From NCBI RefSeq assembly GCF_009914755.1, contig NC_060939.1: a stretch of DNA of 64,000 nucleotides. The stretch is one strand, 5' to 3'. The translations under genes and the position numbers were made by a program. Shown piece after piece: positions 1 through 13,099 of this stretch (the first letter of the stretch is position 1; every line of letters begins with the position of its first letter). This DNA comes from the human T2T-CHM13v2.0 reference genome, Homo sapiens. The notes below the pieces were generated by a model that was not told the DNA's origin, ran no database searches, and saw only the letters and a list, made by a program, of their open reading frames with translations.

Positions 1-1181
1 ATTTCTCCTTCAGGAATATCCACCCTCTTCATCAAGAACATCGTGTCATTCTTCAGGGTCACAGAATGCTCTACAGCCTACTTCCTGGTGTCCACCAAGG
101 AGGAGATTAGTTGCATCTGAATTGAAGGAAGATTCGAGAGGGGTCACAGCTGCAGAATTCCAATCACGCTCAGTCTGACTGTGCTGATTTTAGAAAGACA
201 CATGGGGATCTGCCACAAGGAAGGCACTTTGCAGGGAGGCCTCAACCCCATGGCACACCCCTTCAGGAGGGCTCTTCTCCTTGTAACAGTCACTTAGCCA
301 CTTATAGAAAGGCAACTCTTAGAAAATTTAAATGGGGACCAAAATACTAACCCTAACCAGTTTATTATCTCAAAGAATTGGAAAAACAAAGTTTTCAAAT
401 ACTACAGGATTAGAAGAGTAAACAAGATATGCTTTTTCTTTGGAGCTACATATATGTATTAAAAATGGGATGTACAAAGAATTTTTTATCACATGGAGAA
501 GTGCTTATGAGATGATATACCATTAAACATATTAATGAAAGGCATACATTAAAAAGTATAACCAAACTTATACATTAGAGCCCAAAATTTAAAATGTGTA
601 GAAAAATGATTGAGAGGAAATATGCCGAATTATAGGAATTGATGTGTTTCTTATAGGAAACAGGATCCTGTGAGAAATTAAATTGCTTTATTGATTCTCT
701 TGTACTTTTATAGTTTCCAAAAGTTCTACAGAGAGTGTAATGTAGGACCTTAGTCAGGAATAAACATCTCTTTAAATAAGCAGCAGAGAATTTCAAAGGA
801 AGTGTGTGGTATGGGTTTACGTGTTTCTTTCAAGATCTAATATTTTCCACGTAGTGCTTCAGAAAAGACAAGGTAATTTCAACAACTTAACCCCATCATC
901 AAGAGGGTGTTACTTAAGTACATTATGGGAGGTCATAGATAAACAACCAGTCAGCCTCTAAGCATCAGAAAATCCGTGATGTCCATTGGCCTGAGAGATG
1001 GTCTGCATTTCTTTGAAGGAAAAAAGCAGGTTTTAAAACACTAGAACCGAATCAAATCCTAAATTTGAATAGAAAGATTAGAAAGGCTTATGCATGGGAA
1101 AAAGATTCAGGGTATCCAATGGTTAATTCTGACTATTTCTGAGTAATTTAAATTTACCTATAATTTAAAAAAAAAAATTAA

Positions 1182-1469
1182 GGTCAGGTGTGTTGACTCA
1201 AACCTGTAATCCCAGCATTTTGGGAGGCCGAGGTGGGTGAATCACTTGAGACGAGGAGTTTGCGACCACTATGGGCACCATGGCAAAACCTCATATCTAC
1301 TAAAAACACAAAAATTAGCCAATTGGTGGTGTGTGCTTGTAGTCCCAGCTACTTGGGAGGCTGACGCATGAGAATCGCTTCAACCTAGGGGGTGGAGGTT
1401 GCAATAACCCAAGATCTCACCACTGCACTCCAGTCTGGGTGACAGAGCAAGACCTTGTTTCAAAAAAAA
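1182..1469 (+). mobile_element. Alu element (diverged, AluJ/S type)
   Basis: Alu left arm (cctgtaatcccagcattttgggaggccgagg), central A-rich linker, right arm and short A tail. Confidence 0.95.
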
Positions 1470-2149
1470 TTTTTTTGTATTTTAATTAGGAATCAAATAA
1501 GATAATTAAATGTAAACTTACACTTAATTTACTTTTTAAGCATTTTAAGAATTGGTATTCTAATTTTGTGTCGGTACATTTTAAGAATCAATAAAATTAT
1601 TTTTAAAATCAAAGCAATTTTAAAGCTTTTACTTCATTAGACTCCCTGGCAAGAAAGCCCTGGGAAGATAGAAAGTTTGGAGGATGTCAGAGGGAAGTTT
1701 GGGAAAAGTAGAGGAATATATGGAGGGCAGAAGGAGTGAACATTAGGGAAACCCTCCCCTAGCTCAGTCTTCAGATACGCTGGTGGACTTCCCCACTCAG
1801 CCTGAGTCACCTTCGCTACTGACCTCATCTTGTCTTCTGACTGGATGCTCCTTTCAGGAAGCTGGTGTCTGGAAAACTTCTCAATTTTAGTATCAATTAT
1901 TATTCAGAGGCTGAAAGGCAAGCCTCCACCTAAAGTGCCAGTCCTGGGGCCTTGGTGAGACCCTCTGCTGGGGAGAAACTCCACTTCACTGGGGGGTTCT
2001 TATTTTATACAAAATGGGGACATGACGGGGCAGCCAAGCAGCAGAAAACCAAATCATGAGCAAGAACCAAACTCTTGGGGAGTTTGATTCTTTCTGCTAC
2101 ATAGTGCACAAGTTCTGGAGAGACTATAGGGGTGAAGAATAATAAAAGA

Positions 2150-2447
2150 TTTTATTTTTGAATCATCTTGCATAGTTGCCCTGGTTGGAGTGCAGTAGCG
2201 TGATCATAGTTCACGGCAGCCTAGAACTCCTGGCTCAAGTGATCCTCTGCCTCAATATCCAGCATAGCTGAGACAACAGTTTGGAACTATCACACCTGGC
2301 TAAATGTTTTTAATTCTTCAAGTTTTTTGTATAAATGGGGTCTCACTATGTTGACAAGGCTGGTATCAAATTCCTGGCCTCAAGCAATTCTATCTCCTCA
2401 GCCAATCAATATGCCAGGAATACAGGCATGAGACACCGTGCCTGGCC
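2150..2447 (-). mobile_element. Old Alu (AluJ-like)
   Basis: Antisense Alu motifs: ggagtgcagtagcgtgatc ... ctcaagtgatcctctgcctc ... gtgcctggcc. Confidence 0.9.
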
Positions 2448-3939
2448 AGCGCCTTTATAATGTTTTATTCTCCCAAGTTCTTCTCAAAAAAGTCAACATC
2501 CACCAAGTATCAGCTGAGATTTGAACTTCAACCCTGGGCTGAACTCAGTGGCAGGACTCTCCATTCCCAACAAGGGACAAATGGAGAAATAAATGGTGAG
2601 AGGGAGGAGCTTGATTCTGCCCATGCTAATTGGACACCTATTGTGTGCTAGGAAGACACACAGAGGTCAATCCAAATTCCAGCTCCAGCCAGAGCAGGAC
2701 AGCCATGGTGTAGAAGGCCAAGCCCAGAGGAGGGAGCCTTAGCAAGCGGAGCACCCCTCCATGGAGTATTGACACTCTGTTATTTCAGTTATACTGAAAA
2801 CTAATAGAAGGTATGAGATATTGCACTCAACCATTATGAGCAAGAAAATCCATTCAATCTTCTTTAATTTGGTTAAAACTAACCTTTACTAAAAGGCAGC
2901 AAAGAATAATGCTTGTCTGTGAGAATTTAAAAACATCATAGCAAACCACTCCGTTCTCAGTTTAAGAGGAAAGGCAAAACGCTTGTGTGGGAGAATAAGA
3001 AAAAAAATATTTATGTAATACTTTGAGTTTCTATTGCTCCTAACCACCATTGCTACATAATTATTCCAAATTATAGCTCTTATTTACCCATCCTACTGTT
3101 AAAAAGTACCTCACTGATTCTGTAACCCCCAACTAATCCACCCTATAGTCCCTAGATGACCAGAGATGCCTATTATCCTCTGCTTTTTACTGTCACTCTC
3201 CCCAGTCCAGCAAACTCATTCCTCTTCCTGCATAAGCCTCCTGTGTTTCTGCCCTTTTTTATCTGCACCCTCTGCTGAGATTCTTTTGTCTTCACCCATC
3301 CCAAAGCCATCCATACTTCCACTGCTTGACTAGGGGTAATTATCTCATTCACCCAGCCTAATTTTTAAACTTACCTTCCTGCTCCCACCCTCTCTTCACT
3401 CTGAACAAGATTTTACTAGGTTGTTGTTATGTTCTGGGGTTCGGAGAATCTGACTAGTGTGAGTTTCCCAAGGTAAAGGTAATGCCTTAATAATTTTCAC
3501 TTTAATTGCTGTTTGCGCAGTGTTTTGCACAAAATTTAACACAATAATTGCTCCCAGAGTAAATGTATAAATCTTTGCAATGTCTGATTTGACTCCCTTA
3601 GAGTTTGGATCTTTTCCCCTACAACCATCCAGAGTCCTGTCTAACCAAAGTGAAAATGCGGAACTCCCTCTTTCTGGCTGGCATCACTGCTGAGAACGGA
3701 AATAAATGCTGTCTATGCCAACTCCCTAGAACAAGTATAGGTTTCATCTAGACTAGTTTTCAAAATGAGGAAACAGGATGCAGACAAATACTTTATTCCC
3801 ACTTTTTGGCCTGGGGTTTATTAACAAGGTGAAATTATACAGAAGAATAAATTAGTTTAGCTGAAAAAAGAAAAAATGTATAGTTAATGGAGGGAAAAAA
3901 TTGAAAATGCAATAAAACCAGAAGATGTTCAGGAATTCA

Positions 3940-5450
3940 AAGTTGTTGATGCATAGAAATACTACTGGTTTTTGTACATTGGTTTTGTGTCCTAAAACTT
4001 TACTTGCTTATCCATTTCAGGAGGCTTTTCAAGTTTTCTCCAAAAGGAGTTTTGGAAAGACTTTAGCATTGTCTACGTAGTGACTCATAATGCAAATGGA
4101 GAAAGAGAATTCAATTTTTTTTTCTATTTGTATGCCTTTTTCTTTTCTATTGGCTGATTGCTGTGGATAGGACTTTTAAATCTAATTAAATTGTATTTGT
4201 TAGATTTTTGTATATTTTAATATGTCTCCAATTAATTTTATATCTGTATAATGTCCCCTTATAAAGGAATATGTAGCTGTTTTATTTAGTTATTTTATTA
4301 CTGATGCACATTTGAGTTTTTTTCAGTTTGGAAAAGTACCAAATAATGCTGCTTAGAGCATTTGTCTGCATTGGAAAATATGCTGGCATTTCTATTGGGT
4401 GTATATACCTAGTAGCAGAGTTGCTGGGTCCTAGAGTGTGCTTATGTACATCGTGTATGTAAGGAGTTACTACTCAAGAGGTTTTGAATGCCGTTATAAC
4501 AGTTTGCACACAGAATGGTATAAGAAAGTTCCAGTTGCTTGACATCATCACTAGTACTTAATTTTGTCAGTTTTCAAAAATGTGAATGATTGCATAGTGG
4601 TATTCAATTGTAGTTTTCATATGCATTGTTCTGATGCATAAGAATGTGGATATGTTCATCTACTTGTTGGCCCTTCGGTTCTGTATGTGGAACTCCTAGT
4701 CACATGTTTGCCAATTTTGTTCAATGTATTGCATCTTTGTTTATTAATTGATGGGACTTAGTTAAATAAACTAGATAAAAGGCTTTTGCCACATCAATAT
4801 ATGACAAATGTTGATTTCCACTTTGTTCTTGCCTTTCAGCTCTCCTGAAGGTTTTTTTTTATGAAGAGAAGGTTTTAATTGTAATAAAGTCCAATTTGTC
4901 ATATTTTTGTCTTGAGAATTAATGCATTTTGTGTCCCAAGAAATCTGGGCCTGTGCCAGTCATGGACATATTTATCTATGTTATCTACTAGAAATATTGT
5001 TTTCAGCTTTGACCTTAAAATTTAAAATCCACTTTTCATTGGAATTTGTTAATAATATAAGATAGGAGTGTTTTTTCTCACATAAATAACTGGTTGACTG
5101 AAGGCTATTTACCGAGAAGACTGTCTTCACTCCTCTTCTGTGCCTGTTTTGTAATATACAAAATGTCCAAATGTGTGAGTCTGAGTTGGACTCTCGAGTT
5201 TTTCTAGTTTTCTTTGTGCCTATTTTTGCATTACTACCATAGATAGCTTTTATTACTATAGCTTTAATCTAAGTCTGAATATATGTCATTTTAAGCTCAC
5301 AAACTTTGTTATTCTTCAGGACAGTTTTTACATTTCTTCGATTTTTTATATGTATTTAAATTTTTTAAACTGATTAGACAGTTTCCACAAGATTTCTGCC
5401 AAAATATTGTATTGTGAAAATGGAAATCTATGAATCAATTTAGGGAGAAG
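3940..5450 (-). mobile_element. Old L1 fragments
   Basis: T-rich antisense L1 ORF2/3'UTR-like sequence, e.g. tatatacctagtagcagagttgctgggtc and aaagtccaatttgtcatattttt. Confidence 0.75.
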
Positions 5451-5620
5451 TTACATAGAAACAAAGCAAAACAAAACACTAATAACATCCAAAACAAACT
5501 TAAAGAGAACACCACAATAAGAAGAGAAATTCCCAAATTGGAATAAATATTTACAACTCATGAAATTACAAATGGGCTCGCATTTCCATAAAGGGCACTC
5601 TCTCTCTCCCTCTCTCTCTC

Positions 5621-5915
5621 TTTTTTTTTTTTTCCACAGAGACTCACTCTGTCACCCTGTCTTGAGTGCAGACGTGCAATCTCGGCTCACTGCAACCTCT
5701 GCCTCCCAAGTTTCAGCAATTCTTCTGTCTCAGCCTCCTGAGTAGCTGGGGCTACAGGCTTGTGCCACCATTCCCGGCTAATTTTTTGTAATTTTAGTAG
5801 AGACGGGGTTTCACCAGGTTGGCCAGGCTGGTTTTTAACTCCTGACCTCAAATGATCCGCCCGCCTCAGCCTCTCAAGTGTTGAAATTACAGATGTGAGG
5901 CACCACAGCTGACCT
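5621..5915 (-). mobile_element. AluS-type element
   Basis: Poly-T followed by an antisense Alu (ctcggctcactgcaacctctgcctccc ... ctcctgacctcaaatgatccgcccgcctcagcc). Confidence 0.95.
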
Positions 5916-6627
5916 GTAAAGACCTCTTAAAAATTAGTTAAAAAACAAACAAAACAGAAAAAGAGAAAGAAGAAACAGCCACTCAGTTAAAAGAAAAAGA
6001 TAAAGAAAAAGAAAAAGAAAAGAAAAGAAAAAAAGGCAAAAGACATTATTTTACAGGTCTAGTGCCCTGTGCCCCTCACTGTAATGGGGGTGGATATGGG
6101 CTTCACAGGACATGAAATTCATCAAACAGTTGCTGGTTGAAGGAGGGAAAATCTTGCGGGACCAGCCTCCAGAACAGAGCCTGTGGTGCACTGTTTCATC
6201 CCGTAGCCCTGGTAAGAAAACCTGGCTGTGCCGTGCTTTATGTTCACCTGCATTTGCCCTGTTCAGAGGCCTGAGCTACCGTGGACACATAAGTCTGCTC
6301 AAACTCTCCCCATCCCAATATTCTATCTGGTATTGAGCATGACACCCTGTCTTCACTGAGCATGTGTTTATGCAGTTTTGTGACCACCTATCCATTTTAC
6401 AACAGGAAGACTGAGGCCCCCAAAAAAGGCAAAGACTGGTCCATATCCCAGAAATTGGGAAGAGCACAGAGTATTAGGGAGGGATCCAGCTTCCAAGGCC
6501 TTGCATGCACCCCACCCATCAGGTTTGCTTTGGAAATGAGTGCTCCTAAGTCCTGGAAAACCCTGTGGTCTACTTTCTACCTGGGCTTTCTACCCTTCCT
6601 TATTCTCACATAGGTGTGCAGCCATGA

Positions 6628-6663
6628 ACACACAAACACACCACACACACACACACACACACA
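6628..6663. repeat. (CA)n microsatellite
   Basis: Interrupted CA dinucleotide run. Confidence 0.9.
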
Positions 6664-8199
6664 GGCTTCTAAGGTGGAGATCATGGAGGTGAGGTTAGAG
6701 AAGAGGAAACCAGAGAAGTGACAAAACGGGAAGAAATAGAAGAGGCAGCTTTGCCATGAGGCAGAGGCATCCACTCCCCCAGCTACATGACCAGGAGCTG
6801 ACAGCATGTGATGAAGGATCCTCCAGGTTCCCTGGGTTCTTCCAGGCCTGGGGATCTTCCCAGCTGTTTCAAGAGGACAGGACAGGGGTTGTGACTCCCA
6901 CCTCTATGGGCACCTGGAACTAAAATGAGCTATGCCCTCCCCCAACCACCCCATGTGATATAAAGTGAGGCTACGGGAAAGAAAACCTTCGTTTTCTCTC
7001 TCATAAATAGGGGTACTCAAAAGGAATAATACCAAGAATTCTAGATACTCATAAGTGTCTGCTCCCCTTGGCTCTTCATTGGTAACTCACTGTGCTTTGA
7101 GACTCTGGGAAGAGGCTTTTCAGGTTCTAGAGGTCCTTCAGAGAAGAGAGAGGCCTAGAGATGTGGGCAGATGAGGGCTTGGAATAAAGCAGAATGTGAC
7201 AATGCACTGGGCTCTGGAGTGTGGGGCCCAGAAAAAATACTAGTTTTTTGGGCTGTCCTTGAGTTCCTCATTCAGAAGTGGAAGAAAATACTGTCTCTGA
7301 ATGCTGTTAAAATGTTTAATGAGTGCACAGCACACTCAAAGAGGCTGAGGAAAATAGGAATCAAGGGAGGTTTCCGAGGTTACTTTTATGGCCCTTGGAG
7401 TCTTCAGATACTGCTCCCTTTCCCAGGGGTCCCTGAATAGCCACTGCCTTGAGAATTCCCCAGTGCAGGTGCCTGTTTTGTGATGCTTCCACCTGGGACT
7501 TCAGGGCTAGTGGAGGTCTCTAGGTGGCGGCAGACCCCGTGTTTCTTATGCCCGCTGGGCTTTACTGGAGCAGCTGGAGCCGGGGGAGAGTCAGCCTGAG
7601 GTCCTGCAGCTCCTGTTATCATTCATGATCTCCACATTATTGGGTGGCCAAAAGCGGGAAGAAGGGCTTTGTGATTTTCCATGTTATTTTACTCAGCGGC
7701 TCTTCCCCTAGCACTCACCATGTGGCAGCTACCTTGGTAGGTTCACCATGTGGTACCAAAAATGATTATGTTATCCCTGCCTCCCGGCGGGAGCCCACGG
7801 TCTGAGGACGGCAGGACAAAAACACTAAAGCAAGTACATGTGAAAGAAAAGAGCATTTTATAATGGAAATAAAGTAGAATGTTGGGAGGGAGGGCTGGGG
7901 AAATGTTGCCTGGAGGGGACATGAATGCCTCCCTGAGGTGACATTATGTTGTCACCAGAATGACAACAGAGAGCCAGTCCTGCGCAGGTGTGGAAAGTGT
8001 GCCAGGGAAAAGCCACTCTTTGTGAAGAGACTCACAGGCACAGGTGAGTTCAGCAGAGGAGGTTATAACGGGACAATTGTGGCGGCAGGCAGCCTGAGAA
8101 AGAAAGGAAAAGAAGGGAGGGAGGATCCTGGGGACTGAAAGAGGAGATTAGTCATTTGCCCCTCTCTGACAAAATTTCCCTGAATTTTAGCTCATGTTG

Positions 8200-8975
8200 A
8201 CAACAAATACTATCTCACAACTTTTGTGAACCAGAATCTCCATATAGCTTAGTTGGGTGCCTCTGCCTCAAGGTCTCTTACGAGGCTGGGGCTGTGATTT
8301 CAACTGAAGCTGGATTTGAGGAGAGATCAGCCTTCCATCTGCCTCATGGAAACTGGCACGATTCAGTGTGAACTGAGAGCCCGAGTTCCTTCCTCTCGAT
8401 TGGCCTGGGCAACTCCTCAGTTCTCTATCATGTGGGTCTGTGCCTAGAGCATCTTAGGACACTGCAGATCACTTCCTCATCTTGAGGATTACAATACAGA
8501 GATGGAAAATGAAAGAGATAGACAGACATATGCAGAGAAAAAGAGAGAAAGGGAGACAGAGAGATTGAGAGAGGACGCACAGGACAGAGCAAGTAAGAGG
8601 AAAATAATAGCTGTTTTAGAAATATAACTTTGGAAGTTGCAGTAGACTATGTGATTCCCCACCATGTTCACATACCAGAACCTTAATCCCCAGTGTAATG
8701 GCCTTAGCAGGTCAGAGGTAATTAAGTCCAAAGCATGAGGACCTCATGATAGCGATTACGGGCTTTGTAAAAGAAACCGCAGAAGGCTGTCTCTCCCTCT
8801 CTCTGCTAAATGAGAAAACAACCTGAAGTCTGGAGTTTGAAACTCAGAAGAGAGTCCTTACCAGACCCCAACCATGCTGGAAGACCAATCTCAAATTTCT
8901 GGCCTCTAGAACTAATGTCTTTTATTTATAAGTTGCCTAGTCTATGTTTTTTGGTATAGAAGTCTGAACTAAGTC
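8200..8975. mobile_element. MLT1-family MaLR LTR remnants (two pieces around a GA-rich spacer)
   Basis: MLT1-like motifs (ctatctcacaacttttg ... ggggctgtgatttcaactgaagc; cttaatccccagtgtaatgg ... aaccatgctgg ... ttatttataagttgcc). Homologs lie at 50740-51810. Confidence 0.65.
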
Positions 8976-9029
8976 AGAAGTGATAACCTATCACATTTGT
9001 TGTATTCCCTTTGACAGAAACTAGAACCA

Positions 9030-9470
9030 GGTCCCCAAAGAGTTCAACCGATGACTAGCAGAAATTCTTCAGTTTGCAGAATGACAGGTAAGAAAAGATA
9101 CAACTTGTTGAAAGAATGAAATTTATTCCACTTATGAGACTTCTAAAAACTGGCTAAAATTGGTCAGAACCAATATGGTCAACTGGAGTCTGTGTGAAAT
9201 AAGCTCACTGATGTCAGAGCCCAAATTTCCATCACATGTTTTGTAATAACTGTCCCCAAATTTGCACATGTGATCTGTGTGTAGCAGGAAAAAATAGTTG
9301 TTCATGCCCAGTGACTTTCCATACATTTTTCCTTTCAGCAATTCTGTACTAATCCAGAACCTACCTCCTAAACCTTTCTGAGAATATTACTACCTTTAAG
9401 TAAGCACAGGGAAACAGACTTGAGTTGGAATCCCATCTCTTTGTTAGAAACCCGGTGTTATAGTACCTGC
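9030..9470 (+). mobile_element. Old ERV1-type LTR remnant
   Basis: LTR-like composition with a homologous copy at ~51880-52330. Subfamily not assigned. Confidence 0.45.
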
Positions 9471-9694
9471 TTCTGAGGCACTGAGAGGTGAGCTGCGTTT
9501 TAAAATAACAGAGTCACTCACAACTTAGTGTTGTTGTGAGACTTTGTTGGGGGCGCCCACCACATAGGCTGAGATGAGGCATATACATATGATTCTAAAT
9601 ATAATGCACAGCACTGGAATATTTAATGCCAGAAGACAGTATCTGATTTTCTTTTAATTTCAACCTCTTCTGCTGTGGAATGGAAAATTAAGGC

Positions 9695-10160
9695 CATATA
9701 TATAAAATATATATCTTTTATGTATAAAGATACATAAACTATGTATCTTTATATATAAAGATATATATGTATAAGTTTATATATTATATATAGTTATATA
9801 TAATTGATATATATAGTTATATATAATATATAAATAAAAATATTTATATACATAATATATATATATTTTTTTTGAGACACAGTCTCGCTCTGTCACCCAG
9901 GCTGGAGTGCGGTGGCAGGATCATGGCTCAATGTAATCTCTGCTTCCTGGGCTCAAGTGATTCTTACACCTCAGCCTCCTGAGTGGCTGGGATTACAGGC
10001 ATGCATCAACACATCTGGCTAATTTTTGCATTTTTAGTGGAGAAGGGTTTTTGCCATGCTGGCCATGGCTGGTTTCAAACCCCTGGCCTTAAGTGTTCCA
10101 CCCGTCGTCTTGGTCTACCAATCTGCTAAGATTACAGGCAAGAGCCACTGCATCCAACTG
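9695..10160 (-). mobile_element. Alu with an expanded TA-rich tail
   Basis: TA-rich tract at 9695-9865, then poly-T and an antisense Alu. Absent from copy B. Confidence 0.9.
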
Positions 10161-11859
10161 ATTTTGATTCATTCTATCTCTTAAATCGCCAATGACTGTT
10201 TTTGGAAGTTGGTGCTAGCCTAATCCCATTATGCCTACTTCAGGGCTGGGGAGACCTGAAGCACACAGTCATTTTCATATGGTCACAGAAATGAAAAGGA
10301 AAAGAAGATTTTAAGCCAACTTTCTTCTCTCAAACCTGGGGCCCTGGCTGCATTTAGAACTTTTTGGGAAGTAAGGGACATAATTGTGTTTGCATAACTG
10401 TTTACAGGTAAAGAGTTGACATGGGAGATTAGGGTGAGCAATCAGCAGCCCAGCAGGGCCTTCGCATAGATTTATGGAGGAAAAGGTCTCAGGGGATAAA
10501 ACCTTGAAGAAGTTAACAGACTTCCCTTGTGACAAAACCTAACAGAATTTAGAACTTTGGGAACCAGAAACCCACATTCTAGAGACAGCCCTGTATCTAG
10601 CTAACTTCATGGGAGATGCTTGAGAGGGCACTGTGTTCTCATTGTAGGTTATATTCCCAAGCTGTTGCCTGAGAAAGGCTCAAAGTGAGAGCCTTTTCTG
10701 ACAGTATACATACTGGCTCAGCCTACATCCTTGATACCATTGGCCATTCGACAAGAGGCACCCACAGGTAACACAGTGTAGCCCAGGGCAGTTCCGTCCG
10801 TGCCAGGCCACCTGTGTCATCTAATCTGGGCAACCCGACCCTGCCTACAATTACCCTGTGTTGCAAGGGGAGCAGGAAAGGAGGGGGCTTTTCCTCACAG
10901 GGTCAGGTTTTAAGACACAGGAACCCTGGTGGGTCTGTCATGTTCATACCCAGGTCACGGTTGGTGGAATAAAAAGTTGTGAGTTGCGGACCAAGTACGT
11001 CTACTCAGATGTGAATCCCAAGGCCTTAAGCTGTCCTCGGGTTTCCTCATTGGCTGGGGGTCTATGCAGATACTCCTATGTTCCTGATCTAGGAAACAGA
11101 ATTTCTAATGGAGATGTCACCTGGTGGTAAAAACAAAGAAGACAATTAACTTTTTTTGCTGCTGGGAACACTCTTTGTAGAGCTGCATTAAAATCAGTGA
11201 GCAGATATTTGATGGGTTCAAGTCCCCCATCTCCTTGGACAACTGGCAGGTTCACCACACCCCCAAGCATGGCATACAATGAGTTATGGTGAGAGCAGGC
11301 ACATGGGGGTCTCTACAGAGAGGGACCTGACAAAACCAGGATGGGCCCAGGATCCAGACCCAAATATGGAATTTCTCTGCGCTTTCTCCTAGGGGATTTC
11401 CATGAGTGACCCAAAGATCTACCCCCCAAAAATCTAGCCTTAACTGGTCCCAGTGGCAACTTGGTTAAGTGTAAAGTCCCTTTTTACATTCTTGTAGAAA
11501 TATCAGAGAAGAGCTTTGTGTTGTTTTTACTTTACACTAGGCTGCATTTATTCATGTTACTACAGTTTGTATAGTTTTAATTAGTCCCCCCTGATATCAT
11601 CGGTAGCAGGCAGGTTCACGGTACTGCCAGACTTTCTCCAAGACTTGAAAGCCACCACTATCGCTAATACTCTACAAAAATAGGGAAGAGTTTACATGAA
11701 AAAGGGGTTATGTTGTTTCCTGCATTTGTCTGCAATGTGTCATCTAAGAGAACTCATCCCAGTAGCCCATCAGGGCAGAAGTGGTGCCCTCACATATCTT
11801 TGTAATGTTATATAATGGAGGTCACTTCCCAGACTGGTTTAGCCTTTCAATGGCTATTA

Positions 11860-12770
11860 TTTCTGACCAAAATGGAATAAAACTAGAAATGAATAACAGA
11901 ACAAAACAAAAATAGCAACATATATATGGAAATTAAACAACTCACTTTTGAGCATGCTCATGTTTAAGGGTTGTAAGACTTAATATTATGAATAATGCTT
12001 ATGATGTCTAAAGCGAGTTACAGATTCAATGCAATCCCTTTTAAATTAAGAACTTTTTTTTTGAAATAGAAAAAGGAACCAACAAATTATATGGAATCTC
12101 AAGCGACCATAAAGAGCCCAAAAATGTTTAAAAAAAAACAATGTTAGTGACCTCACCTTTTCTGATTTCAAAGCACATTACAAAGCAACAGCAATGAAAA
12201 CAGTTTGTTTCTGGCAAAAAGACAGACAATTTTTCCAATAAAACAGAAGGTAGCACACATGTAAACCTCACACATATGAGCAAGTAGCTATTTGCATACC
12301 AATATTCATTGCAGCATTATTCAGAAAGGCCAATAGGTGAAAGCAACACAAACTTTCCTCATAGAATGAATAAATAAATACAATTTGTATTATAAAAGTA
12401 ATGGAATATTACTTAGCTTTTAAAGGCAGAAAATCTTGTACCATCCACAATAAAGAGGAATCTTGAGAATATAATGCTAAGTAAAATTAGTCACAATAAA
12501 ACAGATACTCTATGATTCAACTTATATGTAATATCTAAAGTATTGAAACTTAGAACCAGAAAATAGAATGATTTTTATCATGAGCCAGGTGGTAAGGACA
12601 ATGGGTAGTTGTCGTTTCATGTGTACTGAGTTTTAGTTTTGCAAAAGAAAAAATTTTACAAATATGTTGCATAACAATGTAAATACACTTAACATGACTG
12701 AACTGTATAAGAAAAAATATTAAAGATTCTAAATTTTATGTTATGTATTTTTACCACAATCGAAATTAAA
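11860..12770 (+). mobile_element. Old L1 (L1M) ORF2-end and 3'UTR fragments
   Basis: L1 motifs: ggaataaaactagaaat, acagattcaatgcaatccc, ctgatttcaaagcacattacaaagc, ttcattgcagcattattc. Confidence 0.85.
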
Positions 12771-12783
12771 AATGACACCCAAG

Positions 12784-13056
12784 GGCCAAGAGTGATCACT
12801 CATGCCTGTAATCCCAGCACTGTGGGAGGCTGAGGCATGCAGGTTACTTGAGGCCATAAGTTCAAGACCAGCCTGGCCAACATGGTGAAACCCCAGCTTC
12901 ATGAAAAATACAAAAATTAGCCAGGCGCGGTGGTGCACAACTTTAATGCCAGCTACTCAAGAGGCAGCAGCTGGAGAATTGCTTTAACCTGGGAGGTGGA
13001 GGTTGCAGTGATCCAAGATTGTGCCACTGCACTTTGGCAACAGGGTGAGAGTCTGT

Positions 13057-13097
<41 letters not shown>
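12784..13097 (+). mobile_element. Alu with a 40-nt poly(A) tail and TSD
   Basis: Full Alu with A40 at 13058-13097. The flanks aaaatgacaccc and aaaagacaccc form the TSD. Confidence 0.95.

Positions 13098-13099
<2 letters not shown>

Larger units (their letters stand above)
5285..11858. repeat. Copy A of an ancient direct duplication (partner at 48405-54900)
   Basis: Colinear similarity along its length, e.g. 7822-7855 vs 50387-50420 and 11736-11790 vs 54777-54840. The copies share MIR/MLT1/LTR remnants in the same order. Confidence 0.9.

Noticed and set aside
10670-10855. LIM-like Cys/His spacing in one minus-strand frame (WHGRNCPGLHCVTCGCLL...YC), and PHD- or zinc-knuckle-like spacing at 7719-7776
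   Set aside because: The spacing does not fit the consensus, both copies share a stop in that frame, and the pattern is not kept in both copies. It is too weak to name a family.
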